IMG/VR virus record: IMGVR_UViG_3300043105_000117
Span: 15,418 to 79,417 of that record
Length of the DNA: 64,000 nt
Reading direction: 5' to 3' (one strand)
Source of the DNA: a virus
Taxonomy: Duplodnaviria > Caudoviricetes
The notes beneath the pieces are model-generated. The model made no database searches. It was not told the origin of the DNA and saw only the letters and a list, made by a program, of their open reading frames with translations. Each line of letters opens with the position of its first letter. The first letter of the stretch is position 1. A program made the translations under genes and the position numbers. Below are positions 9,117-17,968 of the stretch, piece after piece.

Positions 9117-9454
9117 ACCGCCAACTAATCTATCAAAAGTACAACGGACACTGCGCCTACTGCGGACAGCCGATTACAATCAGCGAGATGCAAGTAGACC
9201 ACTTGAAACCACTTGCAAGGGGAGTACCCGATAGGTGGTTACAAGAAGAGCGAGGCACTGACGACATCGACAACCTTATGCCGAGTTGTAGGATGTGCAA
9301 CTTCTATAAGGGTCGCGACAGCTTGGAGATATTCAGGAGAAAGCTCCAAACGATGCTTGACTATAAGAGAACATTTGCCACAAGACTTGCTATAAAGTAT
9401 GGCATACTTGTGGAGAATGAATGGAATGGAAAATTTTATTTTGAGGAACAATGA
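9113..9454 (+). CDS. HNH endonuclease
   Basis: CAYCG...VDHLKP...NLMPSCRMCNFYK. Confidence 0.9.
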   Translation: MNRQLIYQKYNGHCAYCGQPITISEMQVDHLKPLARGVPDRWLQEERGTDDIDNLMPSCRMCNFYKGRDSLEIFRRKLQTMLDYKRTFATRLAIKYGILVENEWNGKFYFEEQ

Positions 9455-9858
9455 GAGAAATATTATTCAGAGCGAAAAACATCGAAAAAGATGAGTGGGC
9501 AGAGGGTTATTTTGCTTGGTTCACAATAAACACGGGCGAACAAGTTCCTGTTATTATAGCTCCTTATCATTTTGGTGATAAAGAATTGCATTATACTCAC
9601 GTAGACGCATCAACGGTGCGCCAATACATAGGAACTTATGATTGCAACGGTGAGAGAATATTTGAAGGCGATATTATTGAATCTGTCAGCGGATTCAGAC
9701 ATCATGTTGTGTACGACACAGATACTGCATCATTCAAGGCAGCGAGAGGCGGTGTGCTAATGGGCGACATTACACGCACGCGGATAGCGAGGTTCGAGTT
9801 GAAGGTTATCGGCAACATCCACGATAATCCCGAACTGTTGAAAGGAGGCAAACAATGA
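9451..9858 (+). CDS. YopX-family protein
   Basis: REILFRAK...QYIGTYDCNGERIFEGDI...VIGNIHDNPELL. Confidence 0.85.
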   Translation: MREILFRAKNIEKDEWAEGYFAWFTINTGEQVPVIIAPYHFGDKELHYTHVDASTVRQYIGTYDCNGERIFEGDIIESVSGFRHHVVYDTDTASFKAARGGVLMGDITRTRIARFELKVIGNIHDNPELLKGGKQ

Positions 9859-10178
9859 AAGACCGGGCAGCAGTAACTTGCAACGGGAGGGCAGCGTTCT
9901 ACGCTTCAATGTGGAACGACCTCCGACAAGCGGCAATGGATTGCGGATGGGCACTTGGCTTACATGGCAGTCTTAACACAGATATGGACATCATGGCTAT
10001 GCCGTGGGTATGGTGGGCAGTACCTGCCGATAAGATGATTGAGAACTTGCAAAGGTGCTTTACGGGTGTTCCTCACGGAGTACAGAAGGACTGCACGAGC
10101 AAACCTAATCACAGGGTGGTTTACACCATCCCGATTTACGGAGATTTTTACTTGGATATAAATGTTATTGAGATATGA
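9855..10178 (+). CDS. hypothetical protein, possible nucleotidyltransferase-like fold
   Basis: GWALGLHGSLNTDMDI pattern. Confidence 0.45.
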   Translation: MKDRAAVTCNGRAAFYASMWNDLRQAAMDCGWALGLHGSLNTDMDIMAMPWVWWAVPADKMIENLQRCFTGVPHGVQKDCTSKPNHRVVYTIPIYGDFYLDINVIEI

Positions 10179-10390
10179 ACGGTGAAGAAATGTTAGAGAA
10201 GTTCAGAGAAGTCACAAGAGCCATAAACGGCTGTTCTGTGGACGAAGGCTGTTTTATTCTGACAAGAGTACTTGGCGGTATCTTCGCAGCAGCAGAACTA
10301 AGCGAAGAGGATGCGAAGGGCTTTGCCGATGCGGTAGCCCAAGACGTTTTGGAGGCATACAAGGATTGCAAGAAAGGAGGTAAGAAATGA
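10175..10390 (+). CDS. hypothetical protein, duplicate copy A
   Basis: Near-identical to 10737..10952. Confidence 0.7.
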   Translation: MNGEEMLEKFREVTRAINGCSVDEGCFILTRVLGGIFAAAELSEEDAKGFADAVAQDVLEAYKDCKKGGKK

Positions 10391-10740
10391 GAATTGCAAA
10401 AATCCAAAAGCAACGCTGGGATGGCTACGACAAGTATGTCATTTGGGCAGAACATGGCTCCGTACAACTTGAAGTACATGATAAGCCTTACGGAGAATAC
10501 AACATCGAGGCTTGGTTATTCTCCCTTTGGGTGGACGAGGATTCACGCAAGAGTGGACTTGGCAAGCAGCTTAGAGAGTTAGCCGAGCAGATTGCACATG
10601 AGAGGGGCTGTAAGACTGTCTGCCTTGAATGGTCAAAGAGGGAGGCTCCGTATTGGGTACGTGAGTGGTACGAGAGAAATGGCTACAAGATAAGAGCCTT
10701 TATAGGTGGTTCAAGTCTTATGTTAAGGAAGGAACTATGA
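10387..10740 (+). CDS. GNAT-family acetyltransferase
   Basis: LWVDEDSRKSGLGKQL acetyl-CoA motif; WYERNGY. Confidence 0.8.
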   Translation: MRIAKIQKQRWDGYDKYVIWAEHGSVQLEVHDKPYGEYNIEAWLFSLWVDEDSRKSGLGKQLRELAEQIAHERGCKTVCLEWSKREAPYWVREWYERNGYKIRAFIGGSSLMLRKEL

Positions 10741-10952
10741 GCGGTGAAGAAATTTTAGAGAAGTTCAGAGAAGTTGCGAAAGCCATAGACGGATGCTCTG
10801 TGGACGAAGGCTGTTTCATTCTGACAAGGGTACTTGGTGGGATATTCGCAGCAGCAGAACTAAGCGAAGAGGATGCGAAGGGCTTTGCCGATGCGGTAGC
10901 CCAGGATGTTTTGGAGGCATACAAGAATTTCAAGGAAGGAGGCAAGAAATGA
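10737..10952 (+). CDS. hypothetical protein, duplicate copy B
   Basis: Near-identical to 10175..10390. Confidence 0.7.
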   Translation: MSGEEILEKFREVAKAIDGCSVDEGCFILTRVLGGIFAAAELSEEDAKGFADAVAQDVLEAYKNFKEGGKK

Positions 10953-11164
10953 GAGAGCAAGGTGTATGGGTTGCGAGGCAGCCCGAAGGCGATTTATGGT
11001 GCTATTTCGTTGAGCCAAGAAGGTACGAGGATGGCTTCGGATTGGAATGGGGTGACGAGCAAGGTACTGCCGATGTAGCCTATGTCATGTTACACAAAGA
11101 GCTATTTCCCGAAGTAACTTTCGAGAATAGCCCGAAACGATTAGTAGTGGAGGATTTGCGATGA
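10949..11164 (+). CDS. hypothetical protein (WxAR...P family, copy 3)
   Basis: VWVARQPEG...LFPEVTFENSPKRL. Confidence 0.6.
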   Translation: MREQGVWVARQPEGDLWCYFVEPRRYEDGFGLEWGDEQGTADVAYVMLHKELFPEVTFENSPKRLVVEDLR

Positions 11165-11397
11165 GAGGATTATTCATATTAGAAATGTTGATACCTATAA
11201 TTGCTTTTATAGCAGTAATAGCATCCATTACCATTGTTATAAAGGATAAAATAATAGCAAGGGATAATCAACAATCCGAGCAGTGGTTTGGTCGCTACAT
11301 GGACGAGAATAAAAGATGCGATTCCTTGCAAAACGAGGTTTGGCAGCTAAAGAGAGAAAATGACAGTTTGAAAATTGAATTGAAGTATTATGAGTAA
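11161..11397 (+). CDS. membrane-anchored short coiled-coil protein
   Basis: N-terminal TM segment followed by heptads. Confidence 0.55.
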   Translation: MRGLFILEMLIPIIAFIAVIASITIVIKDKIIARDNQQSEQWFGRYMDENKRCDSLQNEVWQLKRENDSLKIELKYYE

Positions 11398-11731
11398 CAT
11401 AGGTAAGTATATGTGGGGCGAGTCGGAGGATTGCTTCGTCTGCGACATCTTCGACTCAGTTGAAGAGTGCAAGAACGACATCGCAGTCCATCGAGATTCC
11501 ATTACAAGAGACTGCGTTTACATCTGTCAGATAACAAGGGAGTTCGACTATGCTGCATTGGCGAATGACATAGTTTCATTTGCGGAAGGAATGGCTTGCG
11601 AGTTTGACGCTGACGCTTCGATTGATATTGAAGTAAATGGAGATATTGAGGAATTACTAAGAAAAAGCCTTGATATGTTGCCATTTAAGGTCAGAACGGT
11701 CGAGAAAGTAAAATTGGAGGATTTGTTATGA
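11390..11731 (+). CDS. hypothetical acidic protein
   Basis: ORF in operon. Confidence 0.6.
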   Translation: MSNIGKYMWGESEDCFVCDIFDSVEECKNDIAVHRDSITRDCVYICQITREFDYAALANDIVSFAEGMACEFDADASIDIEVNGDIEELLRKSLDMLPFKVRTVEKVKLEDLL

Positions 11732-12228
11732 GAGTTAAATTCAAAGGAGAGTGGTACGAGATTCAGTGCTTCAACATTACGAAGAACGATGGAACGGCCT
11801 TTATCACGAAAGACTATGAAAACAGTATCGAGGACATTGAAATCAATGGCAGGCATCTTGCTCCCGACAAAGATGTCGCCACCAAAACAGAAGCAGTTGA
11901 GCCACAAGACAATAAGCCGACTGAAAAAGTTGGCGAATATGAGTACACCCACATCTGTATGAGCGATAAGCCCGAAGTGGGCGATGAAGGAGCGAGCTAC
12001 GCAGTATTCCGAAGCTTTGATGAGCTAAATACCGGTATTGCGGTCGCTTCCGAGGAATTGAAAAACAATATCATCCACTGGCACGAGCAGAAGGAGATTG
12101 ATTGGGAGCAGAGACAGTTCTTCCTCGCAGCACAAATCTATGCAAAGAGAGATTTCTGTTCATACCAAGAAAGTATGGCGGAGGCGAAGGACTTTATCAA
12201 GTATTACCGAGAGGTTTTTGAGTCATGA
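11728..12228 (+). CDS. hypothetical protein
   Basis: ORF, ATGA overlap. Confidence 0.65.
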   Translation: MRVKFKGEWYEIQCFNITKNDGTAFITKDYENSIEDIEINGRHLAPDKDVATKTEAVEPQDNKPTEKVGEYEYTHICMSDKPEVGDEGASYAVFRSFDELNTGIAVASEELKNNIIHWHEQKEIDWEQRQFFLAAQIYAKRDFCSYQESMAEAKDFIKYYREVFES

Positions 12229-12380
12229 TTCGCTTCATCATTACAACGACATTCACGCTTGTGGTAACTACACCACTTGCGATAACATTAGGGGCTTACA
12301 ACGTGCATGATAAGCACGCTTTGCCCCTTATAGCAGTTTACAGCCTTATGGCGAGTATATTAATAAATTTGGCATTATGA
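12225..12380 (+). CDS. small 2-TM protein (51 aa)
   Basis: Manual translation MIRFIITTTFTLVVTTPLAITLG...; ATGA overlap. Confidence 0.45.
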   Translation: MIRFIITTTFTLVVTTPLAITLGAYNVHDKHALPLIAVYSLMASILINLAL

Positions 12381-12445
12381 AAGTACAGCAACTATCCGCA
12401 AAGGAATAGTTACGTACCTAAAGAATATATCGAGGAGGAAAGAGA

Positions 12446-12658
12446 ATGGGAGTCAGAAAGAAACGAATAGCGAAAGCGAGAATCGACAATGCCGAAACGC
12501 TGATAGCAATTACGGCTGACAAGACGGATGTGCATCTGACAACAGCAGGGGAGCAGAAAGACCTCTTTAAGATGCTCGTGTGTCTGTTCATGTCGGATGA
12601 AGATAGTAAGAACTTTTTTAAAGCAGCAATAATTGAAGCAGATAAAAGAATAGAGTAA
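12446..12658 (+). CDS. hypothetical protein
   Basis: ORF. Confidence 0.6.
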   Translation: MGVRKKRIAKARIDNAETLIAITADKTDVHLTTAGEQKDLFKMLVCLFMSDEDSKNFFKAAIIEADKRIE

Positions 12659-12660
12659 AT

Positions 12661-13104
12661 ATGTTAAGTAAACAAGTAACTGATTTTCGGCAATCCGAAA
12701 GAATGTGCAGTATGGGACTTATTAAAACCGCAGACATGCACTACCACCTAGACGAAAACTGTTGTTATAACATTATGTTGGGAGGCGACCTGAAAGCGCA
12801 CGTAGATATTCCGGCATGGAGTGCTCCGCGGCTTTTATGCTTGCTCCCGAAACAGATAGAACTTCCTCCACTAGACTGTGATGATGAAGAAAGAGACAGA
12901 TGCGCAGCACTAGAGCTCATGTTTACATCAGAGGATTCAGTAGCGTACGGGTATCGCTATGGGTTCGTATCTAACGATGATGAGGATAAAGGCTGGCTCT
13001 ACATAAACGAGTGTGATAACATGGTCAATGCATTATATGACCTTGTGTGCTTTTGCTACAACGAGAATATAAAACTTAATTTGGAGGAAAGCGAATGGTT
13101 CTAG
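12661..13104 (+). CDS. hypothetical protein (PAWS motif family)
   Basis: IPAWSAPRLLCLLP. Confidence 0.6.
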   Translation: MLSKQVTDFRQSERMCSMGLIKTADMHYHLDENCCYNIMLGGDLKAHVDIPAWSAPRLLCLLPKQIELPPLDCDDEERDRCAALELMFTSEDSVAYGYRYGFVSNDDEDKGWLYINECDNMVNALYDLVCFCYNENIKLNLEESEWF

Positions 13105-13277
13105 CATCGGTTTTTATTGCTTGTGGTGCCATCATAATGACAACCATATTGTGTGCGATATTCTACTATGGGTACTTTGCCCCAGAGATTGAATCGTACA
13201 AGACTGTAATAAGAGAGTTAATGGATAAAATCAGAGAATTGGAAATTGAAATTGGTAAACTAAAAGGAGAATTATGA
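13095..13277 (+). CDS. small membrane protein
   Basis: Hydrophobic N-terminus, coiled-coil tail. Confidence 0.5.
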   Translation: MVLASVFIACGAIIMTTILCAIFYYGYFAPEIESYKTVIRELMDKIRELEIEIGKLKGEL

Positions 13278-13669
13278 GTGAGTTATATTGGATTACAAGG
13301 CTTGATGCTATATGCATTGCGCTCGGATTGACTATTTTTCTGTTATTGTTGGCCATTGCATTCTTTGCAATGCGATATTATGATTTGCGAGAAGATTACA
13401 CCCGCGATTACATAAAAAAAGACGTGACGAGCGAAATACAGAGCATCGTGAAACGAATCGGTAAGATTGTATTGGCCGTAGTTGTCTTAGTGATATTTGA
13501 GGTGTTTATTCCAACCACAAAGCAAGCATTAGTCATCTACGGAATAGGAGGTACAATCGACTATATCAAAAGCAATAATACAGCGAACCAGCTACCCGAC
13601 AAGGTTATTAGTGCGCTGGATAAGTATCTTGATGCGTTGAACGAGGAGAATGATGAGAAAGATAAATAA
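13274..13669 (+). CDS. 2-TM phage membrane protein
   Basis: ELYWITRLD...IPTTKQALVIYGIGG. Confidence 0.6.
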   Translation: MSELYWITRLDAICIALGLTIFLLLLAIAFFAMRYYDLREDYTRDYIKKDVTSEIQSIVKRIGKIVLAVVVLVIFEVFIPTTKQALVIYGIGGTIDYIKSNNTANQLPDKVISALDKYLDALNEENDEKDK

Positions 13670-13880
13670 GTTACCGAAGTTAAATTGGAAACGTTTTATC
13701 ATTGGTATTCCTCTAGGAATATTAGGGTTGGGAATCGCTGCCATTTGTTTCTCGATAGGGATGGAAGTTCAAAGAGATATCGACGGTGGTGAGTACAACC
13801 TTACAAACGTTACATCAACATTCCTGGGAACTATGATTGGAATGGCAATAAATGTGATAATTGTTTTATTGATAAATTAG
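13650..13880 (+). CDS. 2-TM membrane protein
   Basis: Two hydrophobic helices. Confidence 0.55.
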   Translation: MMRKINKLPKLNWKRFIIGIPLGILGLGIAAICFSIGMEVQRDIDGGEYNLTNVTSTFLGTMIGMAINVIIVLLIN

Positions 13881-13931
13881 GTGGTATTGCGATTGTCATT
13901 TCTAAATGAACTACTAACAACACAATAAATT

Positions 13932-14216
13932 ATGATTAAAGTGATAAGCAATCCCCGAAAGGGGGAACAATTGAAACCTTACGCGAATAACGTATGGATA
14001 TGGGAACTGCAAAGCGATTTGTCTTATGAACAGACGCTAGATTATTGTCAGGCGAATTTAAAGAAGTGCAAATACGAAAAGAACGAATATTTTCATTTGT
14101 ATCGGACTTTGGGATGGCCGGATGTCATGAAAGTAAAGAGTGAAGGATACTATTCGCTTGTTAGTTGCGCTGATGGCCGATACGTTTACACAGTTGAGCA
14201 AGAATATTTGGATTAG
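13932..14216 (+). CDS. hypothetical protein
   Basis: ORF with A-rich leader. Confidence 0.6.
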   Translation: MIKVISNPRKGEQLKPYANNVWIWELQSDLSYEQTLDYCQANLKKCKYEKNEYFHLYRTLGWPDVMKVKSEGYYSLVSCADGRYVYTVEQEYLD

Positions 14217-14220
14217 CAAA

Positions 14221-14460
14221 ATGGAAGGTGACAAAAGCAAGGCATTAAAACTAGTGCAGGATTCAACATCTTGCTTAGTATTTGGAGTGTATGATGAATA
14301 TATGGCCGTTGCCCATTACAACGGAGAAAATATGTACACTTACATAGCAGATATATTCTCGCAGGATAAAGAACTATGTGATTTCTTTCGCGAGGCAATC
14401 AGATTTGCCGATGCAGTAAGAAACTATGAGAATGATACAGTAAACCCTCAACTAAACTAG
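14221..14460 (+). CDS. hypothetical protein
   Basis: ORF, start trimmed to ATG 14221. Confidence 0.55.
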   Translation: MEGDKSKALKLVQDSTSCLVFGVYDEYMAVAHYNGENMYTYIADIFSQDKELCDFFREAIRFADAVRNYENDTVNPQLN

Positions 14461-14501
14461 GCCGAGGGTCAGATAATAAAAACTTAAATATTATACCGAA
14501 A

Positions 14502-14738
14502 ATGAATTTACCGACAAAAGTTCTGCTACTGGCAGATGATTATAATGAAGCACTGCGCGTTAGATGTCCGCGCGTGGCAGCTAGGTTCGGCAGACAGATA
14601 TTGCCGTATATCAAAGCAAAGCATTGCGGAGAATGTGAAGCATATGCCGGTGGTAATTGTCGTCTTTGTCATCAAGAGATGAACCGAGATGACGAATGTT
14701 TCTTTAATAAATTCGATTATAGAAGGAGGAAACGATGA
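14502..14738 (+). CDS. Cys-rich hypothetical protein
   Basis: CGEC...CRLC...C. Confidence 0.55.
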   Translation: MNLPTKVLLLADDYNEALRVRCPRVAARFGRQILPYIKAKHCGECEAYAGGNCRLCHQEMNRDDECFFNKFDYRRRKR

Positions 14739-15259
14739 AAGACGTCTATACAGTAACTCATGGAGAGGATGAGGAATTTACTTTCGATGGTGTGTTCGAG
14801 AGCAGGGAAATCGCACGCAAATACATCGACCAGCATGTAAGCGAGTGGACGTGGTATAAAGCGGAGGATTTTAAAATAGAGAGGTGGCCGCTTAACTGTG
14901 GAATAGACAGAGATACGTTTACATTCGTTGTGAACATCTACGAGGATGGTCATGCGGCAGCTTCAATGCAAGCTTGTCCCGAACTAGTCGGCACTTTCCG
15001 TAAAGTGCTCCCGACAAGGGGAATGAACATCGTGTGGCAGTGTGTGGTACGAGCCAAGAATAGACAAGAAGCGGAACGTATTGCCGTAGATATGATTAAG
15101 AAAGTCGAACAGTCTGTCGCTTTATATCCATTAATGGAGAAACGATGTGCGTATGTACCTAGCATCAGTACGTATATCTATCCGTGGTACAATGCCGAGA
15201 CTCACTCAATTATGGTGGATGAAGAACAAGAAATAACAGTTGAAGTATGGGAGAAATAG
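14735..15259 (+). CDS. hypothetical protein
   Basis: VYTVT...DGVFESREIA N-terminus common in phage accessory genes. Confidence 0.6.
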   Translation: MKDVYTVTHGEDEEFTFDGVFESREIARKYIDQHVSEWTWYKAEDFKIERWPLNCGIDRDTFTFVVNIYEDGHAAASMQACPELVGTFRKVLPTRGMNIVWQCVVRAKNRQEAERIAVDMIKKVEQSVALYPLMEKRCAYVPSISTYIYPWYNAETHSIMVDEEQEITVEVWEK

Positions 15260-15528
15260 AAGAAACTAAAATCTATAAGTTTGTCGAGGAATTAAGAGAA
15301 TTACTCGGAAAGTATAATGCTACGATTAAGTCGAATGTCGTGGCAAAACAAGACTTTGACATTGCAACCGGAACAGGTACAATGCACATGTATGCAAATC
15401 TCGAATTTGAAGTGGATGGAGATGTTGCCGTACTTAGAAGCCCCTACCAGCCTGTTCAGAACGTAGAGATTGATAGTAACAATATATGCAACAATGAGAC
15501 GATTTCATTTCTTGTGTATGACAAATAA
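15247..15528 (+). CDS. hypothetical protein
   Basis: ORF. Confidence 0.6.
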   Translation: MGEIEETKIYKFVEELRELLGKYNATIKSNVVAKQDFDIATGTGTMHMYANLEFEVDGDVAVLRSPYQPVQNVEIDSNNICNNETISFLVYDK

Positions 15529-15540
15529 AATTCGGTTATC

Positions 15541-15882
15541 ATGTTTAGAATAGGGGACTATGTAAAAATCCATGCACAAGGTTCTAACTATGACAATCTA
15601 GCAGGTAAGGTTGCCGGAAAGACATCTGATTGTGATGCCTACCAAATAAAATTAGAGAAAGGCCCATATCTATGGGTGCATACAGAATACCTTGTGCTTG
15701 ACAGCGAACACTTGGACGTGGAGTATGAAGCCGGACCAACAGCCGACTATTGGAAAATGCAGTGCGCTCGGCTTGCTTGGCGGCTATATCTCATGGAGAA
15801 AGAGAAAGGCTTGGTACCGTCAATACATGAGTCCATTAAGGAAGCAAGGCATGTCATTGAAGAGATACGGAAGTCAATATAA
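15541..15882 (+). CDS. SH3/KOW-like hypothetical protein
   Basis: FRIGDYVKI...GKV beta pattern. Confidence 0.5.
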   Translation: MFRIGDYVKIHAQGSNYDNLAGKVAGKTSDCDAYQIKLEKGPYLWVHTEYLVLDSEHLDVEYEAGPTADYWKMQCARLAWRLYLMEKEKGLVPSIHESIKEARHVIEEIRKSI

Positions 15883-15916
15883 CCATCATCTTGTAAGGAG
15901 TGCACTGGCTATTGTG

Positions 15917-16462
15917 CTAGTTGTGCTCCTTTGTTTTTTCTATCCAGTCCGCTACCGCATCTTTGAGAAGAAACTCTCTCATCGGATATATGCCCTCGCC
16001 ACAGCCATTATTTAAGTCGATAAAATAGTACGTGTAATCGCACGTAATGTAAGAGTTCGGGAAGTCAGCAAGAGCGAAGAACAACCGCTCATTTCTGATG
16101 ACCAGCTCACCAAAACTGTCGCGCATCAGAATAAAACCGTTTCTATCCTTGCAAATACCGGTCGGCACAAGGGTTTCTCTGCTCCACCCGTTGTAGTCAA
16201 TGGCAAACTCGATATCCATAGTAAGGCCACCATACAACTCCATTGCCGACTTACAGCCCTTTAGACTGGTTATCGCAGTCTTTATATCCAGTTCTATGAA
16301 CGGAAACGTATCAAATATCTCATCAGCCGAATCTTCCGAAACGAAGAAAACGCTGGCATTACCGCACGCGACTGTATATGGTATGCGGTTTGAATCCATG
16401 AAATCGAATAGTTCTATCTTATCCCTCGCAGACATTCTGCTTGTAATAATCAACGCTCTCAT
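15917..16462 (-). CDS. hypothetical protein (last gene of packaging operon)
   Basis: ATGA overlap with upstream gene. Confidence 0.6.
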   Translation of the reverse strand: MRALIITSRMSARDKIELFDFMDSNRIPYTVACGNASVFFVSEDSADEIFDTFPFIELDIKTAITSLKGCKSAMELYGGLTMDIEFAIDYNGWSRETLVPTGICKDRNGFILMRDSFGELVIRNERLFFALADFPNSYITCDYTYYFIDLNNGCGEGIYPMREFLLKDAVADWIEKTKEHN

Positions 16463-17007
16463 AATGAATCGCTTGTATTTTGTTTATTACTTCTTTGCTT
16501 GGCTTTATGGGCCTCAAAGAGAGGACAGCTATAACAAGATATGGGTAGATAGAAGTGAACTAGATGTTCCTCATCCTTTACCTCATCCTTCTTCATCTGC
16601 AAGAGGTCGGCATACTTCATCATGATATCAGCCCTCTCCTTTGATTTAAGAGGCAGGCTCTTGGCCATGCGCAGCAGTTCTCTTGCCACTGCGTCCTTGT
16701 CTACAAGGTCATCCGTATCCAGTCCACCAATAATACTGCTCTCATCATCATCTGAATTTTCGTTTGACTGTCGCTTGGTAAACTTCTTGGCCAGTCTGCC
16801 TACTGTATCTGCATAGGCAGGGTCCTTGGTTATCGTGCGCAACTTTGCAATATCGTAGTGCTCCGGAGAAGTAGAGTCCTTGTTTATTACGGCACAATAC
16901 GCATCTCTCTCCGTGAAGCCGATGGCTACGAGGTTAGCCATTACATACACATCCCACTCCAAGCCCTCTCGCTTGGCCGCTTTCAATAATTTATCTGTCG
17001 GGTTCAT
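16459..17007 (-). CDS. possible terminase small subunit
   Basis: Size, position in packaging operon, helical N-terminus, C-terminal CxxC; no definitive motif. Confidence 0.35.
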   Translation of the reverse strand: MNPTDKLLKAAKREGLEWDVYVMANLVAIGFTERDAYCAVINKDSTSPEHYDIAKLRTITKDPAYADTVGRLAKKFTKRQSNENSDDDESSIIGGLDTDDLVDKDAVARELLRMAKSLPLKSKERADIMMKYADLLQMKKDEVKDEEHLVHFYLPISCYSCPLFEAHKAKQRSNKQNTSDSL

Positions 17008-17852
17008 AACATGTCATTATTTGAGTTTCCAAATTCCATATCTCTCTCATCACCATAAATGGGTACACGATAGCATTGGCAGTGCACATGCGGATAACCG
17101 AACTCTGCATCCGATATATCGTGGTAGCCCACCTCTGAATCGCATATCTCGCACGGGTAGTTGCTGCCTCGCAGTTGGATGTATCCGATAGCACCGTCGC
17201 GGCCCATGTTTACACCGTCATAGTACCACCACGACAAAGATATGCTGCCAACACCTATCCTCTCAATAAGAGTAGATGAAACATTGGAACGGCCTCGGCC
17301 ATAAGATACACCACGGTTGCGCAGACGTTCGGCCTTGACACCCGGAGTGTTGAATGCCGCAACTATCATCTTGTCGGTCCAGGGAGCCTTGATGTTGCTT
17401 ACGTATTCATTAAGCGTTTTAAAGGCCGTATAACCTGCGATAAGCCCCGCGGCAATAAAGGCTTCCATTTCCGACTTAAAACGGCTTATATAGTCCTCTA
17501 ATTGAGCGTAGACGTCTCTAGCTCCGTCTCCAAGCGAGGCAAAGTAAGCAAGTATCATATCTCTGTCATCATCGCTCTCGGCAAGGCTGTTAATCTCGTC
17601 GGTAAGCAAATCATATATTGCATCGAGCAGTTCTCGCAGAAGTTCATCGACCTCGGCTTCAAAGTCGGGATTGGATGAAAACTCAAAATCCTTCGGCTGT
17701 ATCTTGTATTTGTACCCGATGTCGATAATCTTACCCGCATATTCACGCAACAGTTCCATAAGTCCCTTACGAAAGATATTCTCTGCCGATATACGCTGTG
17801 CAAGGAAGTCCTGTGCTGCAAGCACATCTGAGTCTTTAGGTATATAGTTCAT
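17004..17852 (-). CDS. minor head / head morphogenesis protein (Mu gpF / SPP1 gp7-like)
   Basis: After portal; C-terminal CEIC...PHVHCQC. Confidence 0.7.
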   Translation of the reverse strand: MNYIPKDSDVLAAQDFLAQRISAENIFRKGLMELLREYAGKIIDIGYKYKIQPKDFEFSSNPDFEAEVDELLRELLDAIYDLLTDEINSLAESDDDRDMILAYFASLGDGARDVYAQLEDYISRFKSEMEAFIAAGLIAGYTAFKTLNEYVSNIKAPWTDKMIVAAFNTPGVKAERLRNRGVSYGRGRSNVSSTLIERIGVGSISLSWWYYDGVNMGRDGAIGYIQLRGSNYPCEICDSEVGYHDISDAEFGYPHVHCQCYRVPIYGDERDMEFGNSNNDML

Positions 17853-17876
17853 TACAATGGAAAGCGGAAAAATTAA

Positions 17877-17958
17877 GTAGTGCGGAAACGTCCGCATCGC
17901 TTTTTATCCGGTTAAACTCCGGTTAAATCCGGTTAATTACCCCGACTATCCGCACTAC
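17877..17958. repeat. 10-bp inverted repeat enclosing three TCCGGTTAA direct repeats
   Basis: GTAGTGCGGA (17877-86) / TCCGCACTAC (17949-58). Confidence 0.85.
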
Positions 17959-17968
17959 TATCTGTTAC

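Larger units (their letters stand above)
10175..10952 (+). repeat. 216-bp direct gene duplication flanking the GNAT gene
   Basis: Shared exact stretch ttcgcagcagcagaactaagcgaagaggatgcgaagggctttgccgatgcggtagccca. Confidence 0.9.

Noticed and set aside
11161-13880. Holin or lysis cassette among the small TM proteins
   Set aside because: No endolysin is adjacent; hydrophobicity alone is insufficient evidence.
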